64,000 bases of DNA from Candidatus Latescibacterota bacterium (GTDB lineage: Bacteria > Latescibacterota > UBA2968 > GCA-2709665): positions 4,160,001 to 4,224,000 of the forward strand of contig OZ241917.1 of the NCBI GenBank assembly GCA_965203805.1, read 5' to 3'. This document shows, one piece after another, positions 28,911 through 38,891 of the stretch. The number at the start of each line of letters is the position of its first letter. Positions within the stretch are counted from its first letter, which is position 1. The translations under genes and the position numbers were made by a program. The notes below the pieces were generated by a model, which worked only from the letters and a program-made list of their open reading frames with translations, made no database searches and was not told where the DNA came from.

Positions 28911-30404
28911 TCAGTTTTCAATTCTGTCGAATAACGCCTCGACTTCCGCCTCCTTCTCCTCACTGCGTTTGCTGATGTATCCCCCGCCGAAGTAGATGAC
29001 CAGCGCGACCAGGATCTCCACGCCTGTGTAAATCTCGAACCTGTCGGTGTATTGAATCATGATAAAATAGGTGATCACACCGCCGATAAAAGACAGGACC
29101 GCGCCCCGCGCCGTGGGTCGTTTCCAGATCATCCCGAACATCAGCGGGATCGCGATGGGTGACAGGAGGCCGCCGAACAGCTTCACGGTGAGGGAAAATA
29201 CCTTGTTCATGCCCTGACTCTGGGAGATCACGACCGCGGTCACCAGGACCGCGATGCCGAAAATCGCCGTGATGGTCATCCCCGCCCTGAACAGCGCCCT
29301 GTCGTCGATCTCGCGCCTGAAATTGCGCTGGTAGAAGTCTTTGGTGAACACCGCGGCGAGCGCGTTGATATCGCTGTCGATCATGGACATGGTCGCGGCA
29401 AACATGGAGCATACGAGCAGACCGATCAGCCCGGGCGCCAGGGCCGACAGAATTTTCTGCGTGACGAGGATATAGGTCTGGTCCAGATCGAAACCGGCGA
29501 CCGGCTGCAGGGTCACCGGATCGAAATACTCGGGCATCAGCAGCGGCGCGGCCCAGGCGGGGACGAAGATGACGATGGGATAGAACAGATAGAGAATCGC
29601 CGACAGGAGCGCCGCCCTCTGGGCATCCCTCGGTTTCTCCACCGACACGAATCGCTGCGCCAGGCCCCAGGTGCCCCCATTGTAGCTGAAGATGATCACA
29701 ACCACGTAGACCAGCCAGAAGCTCACGCCGATCCCGCCCGCTTCATTGAAGAATCCGGCGCGTTCCCGCGGCAGGCTGTCCCACATCGCGTTCCAGCCGC
29801 CCACCATATCCAGCGCGATGAACAGTACAGCCAGACTCATGACGAGCTGTACCACGAATTGGACCAGGTCCGTAAGTACGGTCGCCCACAGCCCGCCGAT
29901 AAACACGTAGGCGATGGTAATCAGACCGGAAACGACGATCACGGGCAGCACCGCCCAGCCGGTCACCACGTGGACCACGATCGAGATCGCGAACAACTTG
30001 ATGCCGAGGTCGATGAACTTGATGAGGATCCCGGAAACCGCGATCAGACCCCTCACGGAATTGCCGTAGCGCGCTTCCAGGTACTCCACCGGCGTCAGCA
30101 CTTTCAGCCGCGACCATCTCGGCGCCCAGACAAGGCATCCGATCACCAGCGCCACGAACACGCCGAGAGAAAACAGGGTCCACATGCTGAACCCCGCGAC
30201 TGCCGCGCGGCCGGCGAAACCCACGAATGCCACCGCGCTGTATCCCGATACATGGTGTGAGATCGCCGCCATCCACCAGGGCAACCCGTGCCCCGCCGCG
30301 AAGTACTGTTCCACATTAGCGGACTTCCGCTTCGCCAGAATCCCTATCCATGCCATCAGTACCGCGTACACCGCAATGACGGCATAATCGACTTGTGTCA
30401 GCAT
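28911..30404 (-). CDS. Sodium:solute symporter (SSS family)
   Basis: YFAAG..LPWW, EYLEARYG, TDLVQ, QRF, AATMS motifs; many TM helices. Confidence 0.95.
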   Translation of the reverse strand: MLTQVDYAVIAVYAVLMAWIGILAKRKSANVEQYFAAGHGLPWWMAAISHHVSGYSAVAFVGFAGRAAVAGFSMWTLFSLGVFVALVIGCLVWAPRWSRLKVLTPVEYLEARYGNSVRGLIAVSGILIKFIDLGIKLFAISIVVHVVTGWAVLPVIVVSGLITIAYVFIGGLWATVLTDLVQFVVQLVMSLAVLFIALDMVGGWNAMWDSLPRERAGFFNEAGGIGVSFWLVYVVVIIFSYNGGTWGLAQRFVSVEKPRDAQRAALLSAILYLFYPIVIFVPAWAAPLLMPEYFDPVTLQPVAGFDLDQTYILVTQKILSALAPGLIGLLVCSMFAATMSMIDSDINALAAVFTKDFYQRNFRREIDDRALFRAGMTITAIFGIAVLVTAVVISQSQGMNKVFSLTVKLFGGLLSPIAIPLMFGMIWKRPTARGAVLSFIGGVITYFIMIQYTDRFEIYTGVEILVALVIYFGGGYISKRSEEKEAEVEALFDRIEN

Positions 30405-30475
30405 AGACCTTTCCTGTGAAGATGATTAGTCAGATTAACGATATGTGTGCGCCGTGACCTCGCCCCTCAGGGATA

Positions 30476-30596
30476 CCCTCACCCCCCGGCCTGCCTGCGC
30501 CTGCCTGTCCCATTGGAACGGCAGACAGGCCGAGACCTGCTCGGCAGGCAGGCCCCCTCTCCCAAGGGGAGAGGGGGAGACGTAAGACGGGAGAAA
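30476..30596. repeat. CCCTCTCCC...GGGAGAGGG REP-like repeat with doubly nested mini-palindrome
   Basis: Nested element 30490-30552 interrupts CCCTCACCCCCCGG|CCCCCTCTCCC. Confidence 0.8.
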
Positions 30597-30677
30597 TTAA
30601 CACCGGTCCACCGGACAACGACGTGGCATTGCGAGATAAAACCACGGATGTCCGGTATTGTTGTAGGGGCGGTTCCT

Positions 30678-32414
30678 TCACCAGCCGATCGCATACGACG
30701 TGGAGCGCGGATCCGCGCCGCCGGCGCGTGTGCCTGTCTCAGGATCGACGGTAATTGCGCACACCCTGCTGACCCCTGTGCTCCACTCGTCCTCATCGTT
30801 GACGATGTGCCCGCGGCTTCGCAGATCCTCCCGCACGTGCGGCGCGATGCGGGCTTCGGCCGTGACCTCCCCGGGCAATGATCCATGCGGCCAGAACGAA
30901 TTCGGAAAGCTGTGACTGATGACGCGCGCGGCGTCGATCGCTTCCTGCGGTTCCATTCCAAACTCGATGATATTCAGGAACACCTGCAGCATTCCCTGCA
31001 CCTGCGCATCGCCGCCGGGACAACCGAAGGGCATAAACGGCTTTCCATCCTTAAGGACCGTCGCGGGGTTCGGCGTGAGGCGCGGACGTTTCCACGGCTG
31101 CAGACACGAGGGATGCGCCGGATCGAGCCAGGTCTGCGTGCCCCGTCCCGATAACGGAAAACCCAGCCTCGGCACGACCGGGGTCCAACCGACCACATCG
31201 GACGGGGTCGATGAGAAAGCGTTGCCCTGTTCGTCCACCACACAGAGGTAACTGGTGTCGCTTTCCCAATGAGACAGTCGCTCCGGTTGCGGGCGGTCCG
31301 GATCCAGGATTGGGAAGGGACCGTTTTTACCGCGCGGTTCCGGATGGAATCGCCACGGATCACCGGCGGGCGGCATGTCGGCTGCGGCGCACTGAAGGTC
31401 GATGGCGGCCCGTCTTCCAGCGGCATAGCGCTCGTCGAGCAATCCCGTCAGCGGCACCTGCACGAAATCGGGGTCGCCGAAGTACGCCTCCCGATCGGCA
31501 AACACCAGTTTCATTCCCTCGATGATGGCGTGGAGATAGTCCGCCGATTCGTGCCCCATCCTCTGCAGGTCGACCCCTTCGAGAATCTTCAGCGCCATGT
31601 TCAAGGTTGGCCCCTGGCACCACGGTCCGCATGTATATACATCGTAGCCTTTGTAGGCGATGTGACTCGGCGGTTCGACCCGAACCGAGAAGGTCGCGAG
31701 GTCTTCGTACGTCAACAGCCCCCCTTCCTGAACGTAAAATTCGGCGATTTCCCGAGCGATTTCACCCTTATAGATCAGATCGCGCGCTGCTTTGATTCCC
31801 GCTTCCCGATCGCCCCCTGCCCCTCTTTCGGCGTCGACCATCCGCCGGAAGGTGTTCGCCAGATCCTTCTGGAAGAATATCTCACCTTTCTGCGGTATAT
31901 GTCCATCGGGATTGAAGACGGCAGCCGTGGATGGCGCATCTCCCAGCGTCCCGCCGGCGAAGGCGTGAAACTGATCGTCGACCGGGTGACCGTTTTCGGC
32001 GAGGTCGAGCGCGGGCTGGATGACCTGCTCGAAGGTCATGGTGCCGTACCGCGCCAACGCCGTCAACCACGCGTCGGGCGATGCCGGGGTAACGGTCCGA
32101 AGGATTCCGGGGGGAAGGTCGCCGCCATATTGTTTCCGGAAAGTGTCGATGCTTGCGGCCCGGGGCCAGCGCCCGAGTCCGCTGATGGTTTCAACCGGCG
32201 CGCCCGATCCCGGACAATAGATGATCGGCGCGACACCGCCGAAATGGGTGGACCCCGGTTGGAGCACGTTGATGCAGATACCGGTAGCGACACCGGCATC
32301 GGCCGCGTTGCCGCCGTTTTCGAGGATACGGACCCCGCCCATGGTTGCCAGATAGTGCAGCGATGATACAACGTACCGCTTTCCGAGGATCGACGGGCGA
32401 TGGCTTTCCGGCAT
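30678..32414 (-). CDS. ggt: Gamma-glutamyltransferase family protein
   Basis: GGNAADAGVA, FADRE, DTSYLCVVD nucleophile, PGGDAQVQ, GGADPR. Confidence 0.92.
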   Translation of the reverse strand: MPESHRPSILGKRYVVSSLHYLATMGGVRILENGGNAADAGVATGICINVLQPGSTHFGGVAPIIYCPGSGAPVETISGLGRWPRAASIDTFRKQYGGDLPPGILRTVTPASPDAWLTALARYGTMTFEQVIQPALDLAENGHPVDDQFHAFAGGTLGDAPSTAAVFNPDGHIPQKGEIFFQKDLANTFRRMVDAERGAGGDREAGIKAARDLIYKGEIAREIAEFYVQEGGLLTYEDLATFSVRVEPPSHIAYKGYDVYTCGPWCQGPTLNMALKILEGVDLQRMGHESADYLHAIIEGMKLVFADREAYFGDPDFVQVPLTGLLDERYAAGRRAAIDLQCAAADMPPAGDPWRFHPEPRGKNGPFPILDPDRPQPERLSHWESDTSYLCVVDEQGNAFSSTPSDVVGWTPVVPRLGFPLSGRGTQTWLDPAHPSCLQPWKRPRLTPNPATVLKDGKPFMPFGCPGGDAQVQGMLQVFLNIIEFGMEPQEAIDAARVISHSFPNSFWPHGSLPGEVTAEARIAPHVREDLRSRGHIVNDEDEWSTGVSRVCAITVDPETGTRAGGADPRSTSYAIGW

Positions 32415-32556
32415 TCTGATTGTTCCTTGCAAAGGGCCACTTCCAAGAGATCGGCCATGAAGCTCGGGAGGGTACCCTCCCGCGATGCCATCGATTATGC
32501 CACGGGGTAACGATGTCCGGACCGAGTTGATCGCCGCGCCGGCGTTCCCGGTCAGT

Positions 32557-33315
32557 TCAGAACACACCGGGTATGAGGGCACGGCGATTCGGCGGGTAGT
32601 CCGGGAAGCGTTCCAGGTACCAGCGGTGATTGCTGCGAGCCCGGGGGACCAGATTGGCGATCGTATAGACGCAAAACGCGAACCCGCCGAGCGACCACGT
32701 CGCAATCGCCCAACCCGTCCATTCCAGAATCTCACCGAGGTAGTTCGGACAGGAGACGTACCGGAAGGCGCCGCGATCCGGCACGACATAATCTGTCCGT
32801 CCCCGTCTCCGCATGCTGAGCAGAATATTGTCGCTGTGGTGGTTCAGAATGATGCCGCCAACAAAAACCGACACGCCGATCAGGAAACACGGGTTGTACA
32901 GCCATGAAACACCGTACTCGACGAGATGGGAGACGAACCGGGCGTTGACGTAAGCGTTCAGTACATTGAAGAAGAACCCCGATCCGGCGACAACAAGCGG
33001 CATTCTTCGCTTTGTCCGGGTCCGGAAGGGATAGATTAGCGTCCGGTTCAGGTAATGGCCCTGCCACATCGCCAGAAACACCAGCGACACGAGGCTGCCC
33101 TTCGAGTTCCCCTGCAGATAGACGAACAGGAAGAAGAAGACCGCCGGACATTCCATGGCGATCCAGCCCGTCTTGCTGGAGATGGTCGGCCCCCAGCCGT
33201 AGCCCGGATAGTGGCGCCCATAGGGCGCCGGCCTCCAGAGTAAATACAGGAAGGTCGCGCCGGCCAGGCCGAATATGACCCACACCAGCAGGCGGTATAT
33301 GTCCGGCTCCGTCAT
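32557..33315 (-). CDS. 3-oxo-5-alpha-steroid 4-dehydrogenase (steroid 5-alpha-reductase) family
   Basis: APYGR, WIAME.P, HYLNR, YVSCPNYLGEILEW, NLVPRA..NH.WY. Confidence 0.92.
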   Translation of the reverse strand: MTEPDIYRLLVWVIFGLAGATFLYLLWRPAPYGRHYPGYGWGPTISSKTGWIAMECPAVFFFLFVYLQGNSKGSLVSLVFLAMWQGHYLNRTLIYPFRTRTKRRMPLVVAGSGFFFNVLNAYVNARFVSHLVEYGVSWLYNPCFLIGVSVFVGGIILNHHSDNILLSMRRRGRTDYVVPDRGAFRYVSCPNYLGEILEWTGWAIATWSLGGFAFCVYTIANLVPRARSNHRWYLERFPDYPPNRRALIPGVF

Positions 33316-33622
33316 CTCAGGCGTCCGGAATGTCGATATGCCATTTCGCGTCTCGGATGCCGCCGCCTGATCTCAAGCAGGTTGGTTTCAGTGATCGTTT
33401 CTTCTCCATAGCCTATGTGGACATTTTCCTGATGGGAGAAACGGAGATTTCTCGATGTCGCGTCGCCCAGTTCAAGGAGGGTCGTAATGATGCCTGAAAT
33501 CACCGGATAATCCTCGGTTGGCACAAGTGCATAAGGTGTGATCGGTTCTCGGCGGACGATGCAGGCTGGAGTGTTAGCGAGAGTCGATTCTGGAGCCTTC
33601 GCCGGCCATACTATGGAGGCAC

Positions 33623-34480
33623 TCAAAAGTGTGCGCGGTAGTTGACCGCTTGCAGATGCACGTGACGACCGACGTCTCCCGGCAACTGGAAGAGCCTGGG
33701 TGTCTGGCGAAACTCGAACAGGCGGTAGAGATGGTATGCGTGTTCGTTCGCCTCGGAAAAACGGACCTCGCCAGTGCTGATGTAGAATGGCGTGAGCTTG
33801 CCGTAACGTGTCGTTTTTACCTCGATGAATCGGTCACGCCCGCTGACTTCGTACGAACGAATGTCGTACCCAGCGTGGTCCCCCACGGTTTTGGAGACCT
33901 GCTCGACGTTTCTGGCGAGGCGGTCCTTGCCCTCGCGCAGCAGACGTGCGCGCTCGAACTCCAAAACCAGTGCTTCTCCCGCATCTCCGAGAGATCGATT
34001 GAGCGCTTCCATCTGAAGATAATTGATCGGGGGACCAGGCTGGGAGGAGACGACGTATTCAACGGGTCTCTCACCTACCGAGCCAGAAGCTGGCACAGGC
34101 GGTTCGACACCGATACCGAGCACATCGTCGACGGTGAAACGGTCCTGGAGTGCATTGACATCGGCTACGACCATGTCCTCGACCGACGGAAGGTGCTCGC
34201 GCACCACATCCCTCAGCATGCCCTGGAAGTTGACAAGCGGTTTGTACCCGTTGATATACGGGAATCCCAACTCGATCAGGACCGCGCTGATGTTCTGGTG
34301 TTTGCGCTCAACAGCGCCATGCGTGCGGCCATCCAATCGGGCCTGTAGCGACCTGTTTCGCGCGGCTTTGTTGTACGACTTACCGCGAAGTTCAGAAGCC
34401 AGCATATCGAAATAGTCTCGAACAGTGGCTTCGACCTCCTGGCGGCTCCAATCGCTAAGGCTCGGCACATTTCCCCGCAA
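33623..34480 (-). CDS. DUF3883 (PD-(D/E)xK nuclease-like) domain protein
   Basis: LGDAGE, GYDIRSY, FIEVKTT, FYISTGE; start uncertain. Confidence 0.85.
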   Translation of the reverse strand: MRGNVPSLSDWSRQEVEATVRDYFDMLASELRGKSYNKAARNRSLQARLDGRTHGAVERKHQNISAVLIELGFPYINGYKPLVNFQGMLRDVVREHLPSVEDMVVADVNALQDRFTVDDVLGIGVEPPVPASGSVGERPVEYVVSSQPGPPINYLQMEALNRSLGDAGEALVLEFERARLLREGKDRLARNVEQVSKTVGDHAGYDIRSYEVSGRDRFIEVKTTRYGKLTPFYISTGEVRFSEANEHAYHLYRLFEFRQTPRLFQLPGDVGRHVHLQAVNYRAHF

Positions 34481-34530
34481 GGCGTTTTCAGAATCCCGCG
34501 TAAATCATCTGATATGATTCGTCATGTGGG

Positions 34531-35745
34531 TTACTCCGGCGGGACCTCGAGAACATAAACATCAAAAGTATTCTCGGGGTTGGACAGAAAGGCGATTTTC
34601 CTGCCATCAGGTGACCAGGCCGGATAATACTCGGCAGTCTCTCTATTCGTTAAGCGTTTGACATTCGTACCGTCAGCGTTCATTACATAAAGTGGGCCGT
34701 CTCCCTCAGCTGGGTAAACGACTTTGGCGCCGTCCGGTGACCATGCGGCGCCAACCCACAGATCATCCCAGATATCCTGGAAGGTCAGCCGGGTAACCTC
34801 GCTGCCGTCAGCATTCATCACATACATATCGCCATAGTTTTTACGGGCATTGTCGCGGTTAGACCAGAAGGTGATTCTGGTTCCGTCAGGCGACCACGCA
34901 GGCAGAATACTACCTTCGTTTTCTGCGGTGAGTTGTGTAACCATTGCCGACTCCACATCCACCACAGAAATTGCAGTGAACCTGTTTTCATTGGAATCAA
35001 CACCTATAGATGTAACGGCGATCTTCTTGCTGTCGGGCGACCAGACCGGGAATAAATCGTTGGCGGTACTATTCGTCAGCCTTGAGAGACCTGAGCCCTC
35101 CGGACCCACGACGTAAATTTCGAAGTTCCCGTCCCGGTTGGAAGAAAAGGCGATCCTGGCGCCGTCAGGTGACCACGAAGGGTATATATCTTCCGCGTCA
35201 TTATCTGTTAGACGGGCGAGCCCTTCACCACTTGCACCTGCCTTATAAATCTCTGCATTCCCATCCCGAACAGAGGAATAAGCGATGTGCTCACCGTCCG
35301 GCGACCAGGCCAGCGTCGTGTTCAATTCGGAATCCACTGCAATCGAAGTAGCCAATCTTATTGAATCACCACCATCCGCATTCATCACCCACAATTCCGG
35401 ATCTTCAACACCAGAGAGATAAGCGATTTTTCGGCCGTCCGGCGGTGACCACGTGGGATGTAATTCAATGGTCTCGCTATTCGTCAAACGGGTGAGTTCA
35501 GCAACACAGGGATTGCCAAACAGCTTCGCGAAGGCCAGAAAGTCAGCCATATCAACTGTGCCATTCGTATCCAGATCAAATGCAGCGTTATAGCCCGCAT
35601 CACCCTGCTGAGCCCCGAATACAGCGGCCAGGGCGATAAAATCAGCGAAATCAACCTGCCTGCTGTTGTCGAAGTCTCCTGGACAACCGGAAGCCCGGGC
35701 TGTGATCATCAGGACCGAGAAGAGGACAACGGATCTGAAAAACAT
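34531..35745 (-). CDS. Secreted TolB-like (PD40) propeller with N-terminal dockerin/EF-hand
   Basis: Signal peptide; GDFDNSRQVDFADF and DLDTNGTVDMADF; repeated PxWSPDG. Confidence 0.9.
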   Translation of the reverse strand: MFFRSVVLFSVLMITARASGCPGDFDNSRQVDFADFIALAAVFGAQQGDAGYNAAFDLDTNGTVDMADFLAFAKLFGNPCVAELTRLTNSETIELHPTWSPPDGRKIAYLSGVEDPELWVMNADGGDSIRLATSIAVDSELNTTLAWSPDGEHIAYSSVRDGNAEIYKAGASGEGLARLTDNDAEDIYPSWSPDGARIAFSSNRDGNFEIYVVGPEGSGLSRLTNSTANDLFPVWSPDSKKIAVTSIGVDSNENRFTAISVVDVESAMVTQLTAENEGSILPAWSPDGTRITFWSNRDNARKNYGDMYVMNADGSEVTRLTFQDIWDDLWVGAAWSPDGAKVVYPAEGDGPLYVMNADGTNVKRLTNRETAEYYPAWSPDGRKIAFLSNPENTFDVYVLEVPPE

Positions 35746-35757
35746 AAATGCCTCGCC

Positions 35758-35926
35758 AAAAAAAAGAGTAGCTTCTTTACACAAGTCATTGTATTATATT
35801 ATGGTTAGACAAATAACCAAACAACAATGAACTTGGAAGAAACTACCGCGGAACGTCAAGATAAACACCAAAGGGTGTTTATCGCAAGTGTTTCGGCAAA
35901 GCTCGCAGTAGCCGCCTTTGACGGGG
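35758..35926 (+). mobile_element. IS1380 left-end remnant (first ~33 codons)
   Basis: Aligns with 24552-24718 (CAAGTCATTGTATTATATTATGGTTAG identical); terminal IR lost. Confidence 0.85.
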
Positions 35927-35949
35927 TCTGCGAGGGATCGGGAAACTCA

Positions 35950-36750
35950 ATGCCAAAGGTTGAACGTTACCCACACGGAACGCCGTGTTGGGTTGATCTG
36001 GCGACAACGGATCTGGCGGGGGCGAGAGCGTTCTACGCCGGATTATTCGGTTGGGAGTATGTGGACGAGGAGATGTGGGAGATGGGCATCGGGGTTTATT
36101 CCATGGCCATGCTGGAGGGGTCGGCCGCGGCGGCGATTTATGAATCGGGCGCCGGGCAGATGCGTTCAGACGGGGCAGTGAAGTGGAACCTCTACGTATC
36201 GGTGGATGATGTCGACGCCGTCGTCGAGCGGGTGGCAGCGAATGGCGGGGCGGTGCTGGCGGGTTCAAGAGACGTCGATCTCGCGGGTCGGGTGGCGGTG
36301 GTCGCGGACCCGACGGATTGCGTCGTGACACTGTGGGAGCCGGGCGAGTTCGCGGGCTGCGGCGTGATGTCGGAGGCCGGCGCGTTTGCCTGGTCGGAGC
36401 ATCTGAGCACGGATCGTGCGGCTTCGGTCCGGTTTTTCGAGAAGGTTGTCGGTGTCGAAACCGTGAGGGCCGACGAGGAACAGCCGGTGCCGTACTCGAG
36501 CGTACTGGTGGGTGACAAGGCTGTGAGCGGGATCATGCAGATGCCGGACCGGATGATCGAAGAAGGGGTCGCGTCCGAGTGGTACGTGTACTTTCACGTT
36601 CGGGATTTTGACGAATCGGCGGGATACGTACAGAGGCACGGAGGGCGATTGATGGCCGAGCCCGACGATATTTCCGGTTTCGGGCGAATGGTGGTCGCCC
36701 GGGATCCGCAAGGCGCCGACTTCTGTATCGTCCAGCTGGAGATGGGGTAA
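35950..36750 (+). CDS. Two-domain VOC/glyoxalase family protein
   Basis: HGTPCWVDL.T.D...A.AFY..LFGW; two VOC repeats. Confidence 0.92.
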   Translation: MPKVERYPHGTPCWVDLATTDLAGARAFYAGLFGWEYVDEEMWEMGIGVYSMAMLEGSAAAAIYESGAGQMRSDGAVKWNLYVSVDDVDAVVERVAANGGAVLAGSRDVDLAGRVAVVADPTDCVVTLWEPGEFAGCGVMSEAGAFAWSEHLSTDRAASVRFFEKVVGVETVRADEEQPVPYSSVLVGDKAVSGIMQMPDRMIEEGVASEWYVYFHVRDFDESAGYVQRHGGRLMAEPDDISGFGRMVVARDPQGADFCIVQLEMG

Positions 36751-36781
36751 TCACGCTACTTGAATGATACAGTGCGTGAAC

Positions 36782-37519
36782 TCATGCCCTCCCGCCCGTC
36801 AGAATCGACACGACCTGTGGGACAGCCTCTTCCACGCTTTCATCGAATTTATCGCCTGCCACGGGTGCAAGGTGCGCGCGCAGTTCGATATTCCGGTAGC
36901 CTGCGACGCCGTCAAGGGTGCTCGACCATGCGCCGGCTCCCGAAGGCCTGTGTCTGGCTTCCAGCTCCATTCGAGGATACTCCCACCGCAGGTCCTTGCC
37001 GCGGTAGCGAACCCGGTCCCCCTCCTTCACGTCGCTCAACCTCATCCTGCGGTGTACGCCGAAGTGAATCAGCCTGCGATGGACCCTGTCCGGCTGCGGC
37101 CCCGGGTCCTCCCATCCCTCGACGAGATAGTTTCCTGTGGCATGCGATAGCCTGAAGCCATCGCCATCGCGCTCGATCATTGGCACCCTGCCCGCGGCCG
37201 TGATGTATGCAGTGGGGATGCCTCTCAACTCGAACTCCAGCATATCGTGCAAACTGCACGAACTGGCGCCGCATCAGTCCACGACCCCCATGACAAGCCC
37301 ATCGCAATTCGGAACGATCTCCTCCACAAGCTTTTTTGTGCAGACGCGATAGGGCGATGACTTTTTCCAGGGTCCGACCACATTCGCGCCGTATTCTGCT
37401 GCGAGCCGTTCCCCGACCGCCTTGAGTACGGCTCCCGAAGTACGCTTTCCAGGATCCAGAAGTCCGATCCTGGCGCCGTTCAGGCGGGTCAGCCGGGATG
37501 CGGGTTCGATTCTTGACAC
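36782..37519 (-). CDS. UGSC-like selenoprotein (in-frame TGA at 37274-37276)
   Basis: Two track ORFs in one frame joined by GVVD-U-CGASSCSLHD..E.RGIP; SECIS-like hairpin; AAGGAG RBS. Confidence 0.8.
37245..37261 (-). promoter_or_regulatory. Bacterial SECIS-like hairpin
   Basis: UCGUGC-AGUUU-GCACGA starting 12 nt after UGA. Confidence 0.7.
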
Positions 37520-37724
37520 AGGTCTTCTCCTTTCTGATCTTAACGTCCGGAACGTCAGTGTATAGGGCAGGTCCCCGGGGTTGGATGCGTTCGAGCGCTC
37601 CTACCCTTGATTCCCGGCTAAATATAGCCAATGATAGATTCAATGTCTGCTACGAATTGGCGTGATTACCCTCTTATCTACCGTCTATGCGACCCAGGTA
37701 CCCGAGCGAAATCGAGGAGGATTT

Positions 37725-38462
37725 ATGTTGACTGACGAACAGGTCCGGCAGTTTCGGGAAGACGGCTACCTCGTTTTTGAAGCCCTGATACAGGGCGAAC
37801 GATTGGCCTATTACAAGCGCGTGTTCGACGAACTGGTCGCAGAGGGGCGCACGTTGACCGGAGAGACGCCGCACTGGTCGCTCGAGCTGGACGAACGCGG
37901 CGAACCCCGGGCGGGTCTGTTGCACAAAGTTCAGGGGGTTTGCGTGGTCGATGCCCGCGTGCTGGAACTGGCGCGTGAACCCGCGATTCTGGACCGTGTC
38001 GCAGTATTGACCGGTGATAATATCGATGTGTTCGGCACCAAGTTCTTTCCGAAGTTGCCCAACGGCGGCACGTCGACCGGCTGGCACCAGGACAATTTCT
38101 ATTTTGGCACCGATACGGATCGCATTATCAGTTGCGGGATCTACCTGGAAGATTCAGACGTGGAGAATGGGTGTTTGCGGGTGGTGCCCGGCAGCCACCG
38201 GATCGGCAGGATTGTCGAGCACCGCAAGAATCCGGCCAGGCATGGCAGTTGGACGGAGGTCGATGAATCGAGGGCTTTGGATCTGGTCATTCCCGCCGGC
38301 ACGGTTGTTCTGTTTTCGGCCAATCTCCTGCACGGCGCCTACGATAACCACAGTGAACGCACGCGCTACAGTACGGCCTGGCATTATCTGCCGGAGGAAC
38401 TCAATCCGGAGCGGTTTCCGAAGGGAATTTACGAAGATCGACACATGGCCCGTAAGCATTGA
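37725..38462 (+). CDS. Phytanoyl-CoA dioxygenase (PhyH) family protein
   Basis: WHQD, NGCLRVVPGSH, LHG...N.S...R; GAGGAGG RBS. Confidence 0.93.
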   Translation: MLTDEQVRQFREDGYLVFEALIQGERLAYYKRVFDELVAEGRTLTGETPHWSLELDERGEPRAGLLHKVQGVCVVDARVLELAREPAILDRVAVLTGDNIDVFGTKFFPKLPNGGTSTGWHQDNFYFGTDTDRIISCGIYLEDSDVENGCLRVVPGSHRIGRIVEHRKNPARHGSWTEVDESRALDLVIPAGTVVLFSANLLHGAYDNHSERTRYSTAWHYLPEELNPERFPKGIYEDRHMARKH

Positions 38463-38466
38463 GAGC

Positions 38467-38512
38467 CGGGTCCGTCGGAGGGTTTCCCGCGGCGCTCCCT
38501 CCGACGGACCCG
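38467..38512. repeat. 16-bp perfect hairpin
   Basis: CGGGTCCGTCGGAGGG...CCCTCCGACGGACCCG just after the PhyH stop. Confidence 0.7.
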
Positions 38513-38749
38513 CACCCACAAGCGAACAACCCATTGGGTGCTGCGATCTGCGCACACCCTGCGCTTCGAGATCATCTATCGCGCCGGACGCCTCCTTCGC
38601 CTCGAAGGGCGGCTGACCTTGCGACTCCAGCGGAACAGACTGATCGAAAATCAGTTCAACCACATCAGTGAGGCGTTAGAAAAAGCAGCCTGATTTTGTC
38701 GAATCAAGGTTAAACCGTGGGTGAAGTCGGGATCCACGTACTGGAATGG

Positions 38750-38808
38750 ACCGCCAATCCCCCCCCCCCGGCACCGGTGACGATGGCTGTCCTGTCTTTG
38801 AATCGCAT
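38750..38808 (-). pseudogene. SDR oxidoreductase N-terminal remnant
   Basis: MRFKDRTAIVTGAGGG, then frame lost in a G-tract. Confidence 0.6.
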
Positions 38809-38891
38809 GCTGATCTCTCCTGGTTTTTGGAACGTATAAGAGAATAAAAGGGCTTTTTTGGATCCTTCATCCACGCCACAGCACGGAACAT

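Noticed and set aside
33312-33626. 104-aa ORF linking DUF3883 and the steroid reductase into one system
   Set aside because: TTG start, no RBS or recognisable motif; the overlaps may be chance.
38759-38768. C10 tract as a phase-variation switch
   Set aside because: It lies in a short SDR remnant with no downstream gene body.
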